A DNA stretch of 64,000 bases from Ignisphaera sp. (GTDB taxonomy: Archaea; Thermoproteota; Thermoprotei_A; Sulfolobales; Ignisphaeraceae), in NCBI GenBank assembly GCA_038889075.1, contig JAWAHS010000007.1, positions 1 to 64,000 of the forward strand, read 5' to 3'. The notes below the pieces were generated by a model. It saw nothing but the letters and a program-made list of their open reading frames with translations. It did not search any database and was not told where the DNA came from. Numbering within the stretch: the first letter of the stretch is position 1; each line of letters starts with the position of its first letter. Made by a program: the position numbers and the translations under genes. Below, in pieces: positions 60,139-64,000 of this stretch.

Positions 60139-61164
60139 TTGTATAATGTTAAAGCTATGTATGGGTCAAGTATGCACTGGATAGCTAAGAAAATACTTTT
60201 TGCTACTATTACATGGTTTCTGGCCATATCTATATCAATTATAGTTATTGTGTTAAGCCCTGGCGATCCTGCTAAAATGCTGCTTGCCTCCTTTCTACAA
60301 CAGGGAATGCCATATGAACAGGCTGTGAGAATGGTTCAAGCCTACCTAGGTTTTTCACCGGAAGAGCCTTGGTGGAGTAAGTGGCTGCGTTACTTTCAAG
60401 GAGTGGTTACAGGGAATCTGGGGACATCGATTTCATACAGATTTTCTGTTACTCATGTAATAGCCAATGCTATACCTTGGTCTGCGTTTTTTGTGAGCTA
60501 CTCTTTGAGCATTACCTTAATACTGGGCGTTCTAATGGGTCTCACAATGACTTACTACAGGGAGAGGGTCTTGTTTGTACGAAGTATATCCTCAATTTTA
60601 ACTATACTTAATAGTGTACCGAATTGGATCTTGGCTGCAGTATTTTTTGTATATCTTGGTGTGAGATGGAGGCTATTTCCATATAGTGGACCTTATTCTC
60701 CAGATATTCAGCCAGAACCTTCTCTACAATTTATACTAAGCGTATTACATCACTATACACTTCCAGTAATGGTAATGGTTCTAGCGTCTTTACCTGGCTG
60801 GGCTTTTGCCTTAAGTGCTATGGCTTCAGCTGTCATTAAAGAAGACTATGTAATAGCTGCCAAGGCACGTGGATTGAAAAGTGGAAGAATAATTACAGCA
60901 TATATTGCTAAGAACTCTATACTTCCAATATATGCAAACATAGCTCTCACATTTGCATGGTTATTGGTCGGTACTGTATGGATTGAAACACAATTTAATT
61001 TACCAGGTTTAGGTTCCCTACTATCTGTCACTACGGGAGCGAGAGACTATCCTGTAATGATAGGTGTATACGTAATCATTATAACGGTTATAGTACTTGG
61101 AAATCTACTTACGGATATAACATATGGACTAATAGATCCTCGTGCTAGGGTGGGAGAAGCATGA
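60139..61164 (+). CDS. Opp/Dpp-type ABC permease (DppB-like; probable start 60172)
   Basis: PGDPA, GNLGTS, AAKARG, RDYP, DPR. Confidence 0.92.
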   Translation: MYNVKAMYGSSMHWIAKKILFATITWFLAISISIIVIVLSPGDPAKMLLASFLQQGMPYEQAVRMVQAYLGFSPEEPWWSKWLRYFQGVVTGNLGTSISYRFSVTHVIANAIPWSAFFVSYSLSITLILGVLMGLTMTYYRERVLFVRSISSILTILNSVPNWILAAVFFVYLGVRWRLFPYSGPYSPDIQPEPSLQFILSVLHHYTLPVMVMVLASLPGWAFALSAMASAVIKEDYVIAAKARGLKSGRIITAYIAKNSILPIYANIALTFAWLLVGTVWIETQFNLPGLGSLLSVTTGARDYPVMIGVYVIIITVIVLGNLLTDITYGLIDPRARVGEA

Positions 61165-62078
61165 GCTTAAGCACTACCCTATCAATGCTTAGGCTGGTTT
61201 CTAGAATCTACACTAAGAGTCCATCTACGATATTCAGCTTAATAGTGATAACTCTATATACCGTGGGAGCTTTAGCGACCGTTTTAGGTCTTGTTCCCCC
61301 ACTTCCTCCTGCCAAAGGAGGATGGGAATATATATACCAGCCTCCCTCCGCACGAGACTTCCCTTGGTACATATTAGGAACAGACTTTACTGGCAGGCCA
61401 TTACTACTAGCAATAGTAAGAGGCATATCTACTACATTAGCAGTAGCGTTTCTATCTGCAGTAATAACAGTTACAATTGGTGTAGCACTTGGCCTAATAT
61501 CTGGATACCTAGGCGGAATAGTTGATGAAATATTTTCGATAATAATAAATGTTGCTTTAACTATACCAACATATCTTCTAGCATTAATACTTGTCGCAAC
61601 ACTTCCAGCAGAGCTAAAAACTAACATACTTGTTTTAGCAGGAATACTTAGTATAACAGCTTGGGCTAGCCTTGCAAGAGCTGTAAGGGCACAAACGTTA
61701 TCACTTAGAAAACGGGAGTTTATTGATGTTGCAAAAACTCTTGGATTTAGTGCATGGAAAATAATGTTTGACGAGATTTTAAGATTCATGGCACCATTCA
61801 TAGCAATGAGTCTAACCCTCGCAATGTGTAATGCTGTCTATGGCTACACTGGGTTGGCATTTCTAGGATTAATGCCTATAAGTTCCGAAAACTGGGGTAT
61901 CCAAATATATATGGCTATTAGGGCAGGAGGAGCCCTTTACTCAGATAGAGCGATACTTGCCTTATGGTCTCCAATAATAACAATAGTACTACTACAATAT
62001 GCTCTTATAAATATAGCTAAAACCATGGAGGCCATCTTTAATCCTGCACTTAGGGTTAGCTACATCAAAGGTGAATAG
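61161..62078 (+). CDS. Opp/Dpp-type ABC permease (DppC-like)
   Basis: LGTDFTGR, LARAVRAQ, FLGL...NWG. Confidence 0.92.
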   Translation: MSLSTTLSMLRLVSRIYTKSPSTIFSLIVITLYTVGALATVLGLVPPLPPAKGGWEYIYQPPSARDFPWYILGTDFTGRPLLLAIVRGISTTLAVAFLSAVITVTIGVALGLISGYLGGIVDEIFSIIINVALTIPTYLLALILVATLPAELKTNILVLAGILSITAWASLARAVRAQTLSLRKREFIDVAKTLGFSAWKIMFDEILRFMAPFIAMSLTLAMCNAVYGYTGLAFLGLMPISSENWGIQIYMAIRAGGALYSDRAILALWSPIITIVLLQYALINIAKTMEAIFNPALRVSYIKGE

Positions 62079-62081
62079 GGA

Positions 62082-63062
62082 GTGAATACAATAAAACCAT
62101 TGATAGAGGTTAGGAACCTCGGTGTCTCATATCTGAACATTAAAGTAATTTCAAATATAGATTTTACAGTATTTAAAGGTGAAGTTTTTGCACTTGTGGG
62201 TGAAAGTGGATGCGGAAAATCAACTGCGGCAAATGCAATTCTAAGAATATTACCTGAGATAGCCTCAATAGATCCTACATCCATTATTACTTATCACAAA
62301 GATGATCTGAATTCTTTAAATTTACTTGCAATGGACGAACAAGTATTTTCAAGAGAAATTAGATGGAGAGAAATATCCATGGTTTTCCAAGGAGCCTTAA
62401 ACTCGCTAAACCCGGTAATTAAGATTAGAGATCATTTTACTGAAACTGCAAGAGCTCATGGTATTAAGGATAGGAAATGGATTTTAGATAGAGCTAGAGA
62501 ACTACTTGAAGCGGTTAAACTAGATCCTGATAGGGTATTGAATCTGTATCCCATTGAGATGAGCGGAGGTATGAAGCAGAGAACTTTAATTGCATTAGCT
62601 CTTCTTTTGAATCCAAAATTCGTTATTTTAGATGAACCGACAACAGCCCTTGATGTACTTATACAGCGTGAAATTATATCTCTTTTAAAAGATCTCAAAA
62701 ATAAATTCAATTTAACATATATGCTAATAACACACGATATTGCACTAGTAGCTGATATAGCTGATCGTATTGCTATAATGTATGCAGGTAGGATTGTTGA
62801 AGAGGCAGATATTTATGACATATTCTACAAGCCCCTACACCCATATACACAAGGATTGTTAATGTCTGTACCAAAATTAGGTGAATTCAAAGAAGAAATA
62901 GTGACTATACCTGGAATGCCACCAGACTACAGAAATCTACCTTCTGGATGCAAGTTTCATCCTAGATGCCCTTATGCTATGGATATATGTAGAAAAGAAG
63001 AACCACCAATAATAAAATTAGATAGAGAACGTAGAATTGCATGCTGGATTCATCTACGCTAA
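62082..63062 (+). CDS. ABC ATP-binding protein (DppD-like)
   Basis: GESGCGKS, EMSGGMKQR, GCKFHPRCP. Confidence 0.93.
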   Translation: MNTIKPLIEVRNLGVSYLNIKVISNIDFTVFKGEVFALVGESGCGKSTAANAILRILPEIASIDPTSIITYHKDDLNSLNLLAMDEQVFSREIRWREISMVFQGALNSLNPVIKIRDHFTETARAHGIKDRKWILDRARELLEAVKLDPDRVLNLYPIEMSGGMKQRTLIALALLLNPKFVILDEPTTALDVLIQREIISLLKDLKNKFNLTYMLITHDIALVADIADRIAIMYAGRIVEEADIYDIFYKPLHPYTQGLLMSVPKLGEFKEEIVTIPGMPPDYRNLPSGCKFHPRCPYAMDICRKEEPPIIKLDRERRIACWIHLR

Positions 63063-63078
63063 TAGTGAGGTGAAGATA

Positions 63079-64000
63079 GTGGATAATAATGTTATAGAAG
63101 CTAAAAATATTAAAGTTGTGTTTAGTGTTAGAAAAGGATTGTTAAAAAGGATAAAATTTGCAGCAGTAGATAAGGTCAGTGTGTATGTGCCAAGAGGTTC
63201 TGTTGTAGGTTTAATAGGTGAAAGTGGCTCTGGAAAAACAACATTAGGCAAAGTAACATTAGCGCTCATAAAGCCCACTAATGGAGAGGTGCTATTCCAA
63301 GGAAAGAATATTTTTAAGATGAGTGAAAAAGAATTTAGATATTATAGATTAAATGCTCAATATATTCCACAAGATCCCTACGCGAGTATACATCCTTTTA
63401 AGAAAATCGGAGATATATTAATTGATGTATTGAAATATCATAGGCTTGCAAACAGTTATAAAGAAGCCCTAGAAATAGTAAAAGATGTTATGGGTAAAGC
63501 TGGACTAAATCCTCCTGAGAAATACTTAGATAAATATCCTTTCCAATTAAGTGGTGGTGAAAGACAGAGAGCCTCTATAGCAAGAGCCTTAATACTTAGA
63601 CCAGCATATATAGTTGCAGACGAGCCTGTAACGATGTTAGATGCCTCTCTAAAAAGTAGTATTATAAAGACATTAAGAGATATGCTTTATGAAATACATT
63701 CGTCCCTTCTATTCATAACACACGAAATATCGCTTCTTCAATTTTTTGGACGAAATACTCTCATCAATGTAATGTACCTAGGAAAGATTGTTGAATCTGG
63801 ATGTATTAATGATATATTATCAGAGCCCTTGCATCCATATACTAAAGCATTGATAGCAGCTATTCCAATAGCAGATCCAAAAAGTAGAGAAACAAGGAAA
63901 CTTATTCTAAAAGGTATTGCTCCTTCTCCATTAAATAGACCAGGTGGATGTGTGCTAAGCGATAGATGTCCTTATGCTATGGATATATGTAGAAAAGAAG
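63079..64000 (+). CDS. ABC ATP-binding protein (DppF-like), runs off the window end; absent from the ORF track
   Basis: SD GAGGTGA then GTG; GESGSGKT, PQDPY, QLSGGERQR, ADEP. Confidence 0.9.
   Translation, partial: MDNNVIEAKNIKVVFSVRKGLLKRIKFAAVDKVSVYVPRGSVVGLIGESGSGKTTLGKVTLALIKPTNGEVLFQGKNIFKMSEKEFRYYRLNAQYIPQDPYASIHPFKKIGDILIDVLKYHRLANSYKEALEIVKDVMGKAGLNPPEKYLDKYPFQLSGGERQRASIARALILRPAYIVADEPVTMLDASLKSSIIKTLRDMLYEIHSSLLFITHEISLLQFFGRNTLINVMYLGKIVESGCINDILSEPLHPYTKALIAAIPIADPKSRETRKLILKGIAPSPLNRPGGCVLSDRCPYAMDICRKE

Overview
AT-rich crenarchaeal chromosome segment. It looks Desulfurococcales/Ignisphaera-like from the gene content, GGTGG/GAGGTG Shine-Dalgarno motifs and TTTATA-type TATA boxes; the taxonomy is an inference. 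Four blocks are separated by decayed pseudogene DNA. (1) 2.5-18 kb is a minus-strand cell-envelope island: MoxR ATPase, DUF58/DUF4350/DUF4129-like proteins, an exosortase/archaeosortase-EpsI-like fusion that appears to lack its catalytic Cys and His, a split DUF1616, a GT2 and a MacB/LolCDE-like ABC system. (2) 18.5-34.6 kb is a sulfur-relay region: TusA-SelD-like-acylphosphatase, a YeeE/TsuA transporter, ThiF, an IscU-TusA-IscS-TusA-HTH-HD operon, and a cysteine synthase with a hidden ParB/SerK-like N-terminal domain. Most of its promoters share a palindrome AATAACA-N-TGTTATT, and a deleted duplicate of the Isc operon lies beside the SelD-like genes. (3) 35-47 kb holds secreted proteins, an amidase, peroxiredoxin, BirA, an epimerase, GH4 and a coiled-coil nuclease-fold protein. 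(4) 47.6-64 kb is a sugar-utilisation block with GH42, GH3 and two Opp/Dpp-type ABC operons. Several IS200/IS605 (TnpB) relics and an unexplained GC-rich structured element at 34.7-35.0 kb are present. I recognised no rRNA, tRNA or CRISPR array. All family calls come from motif recognition by eye; no searches were run.
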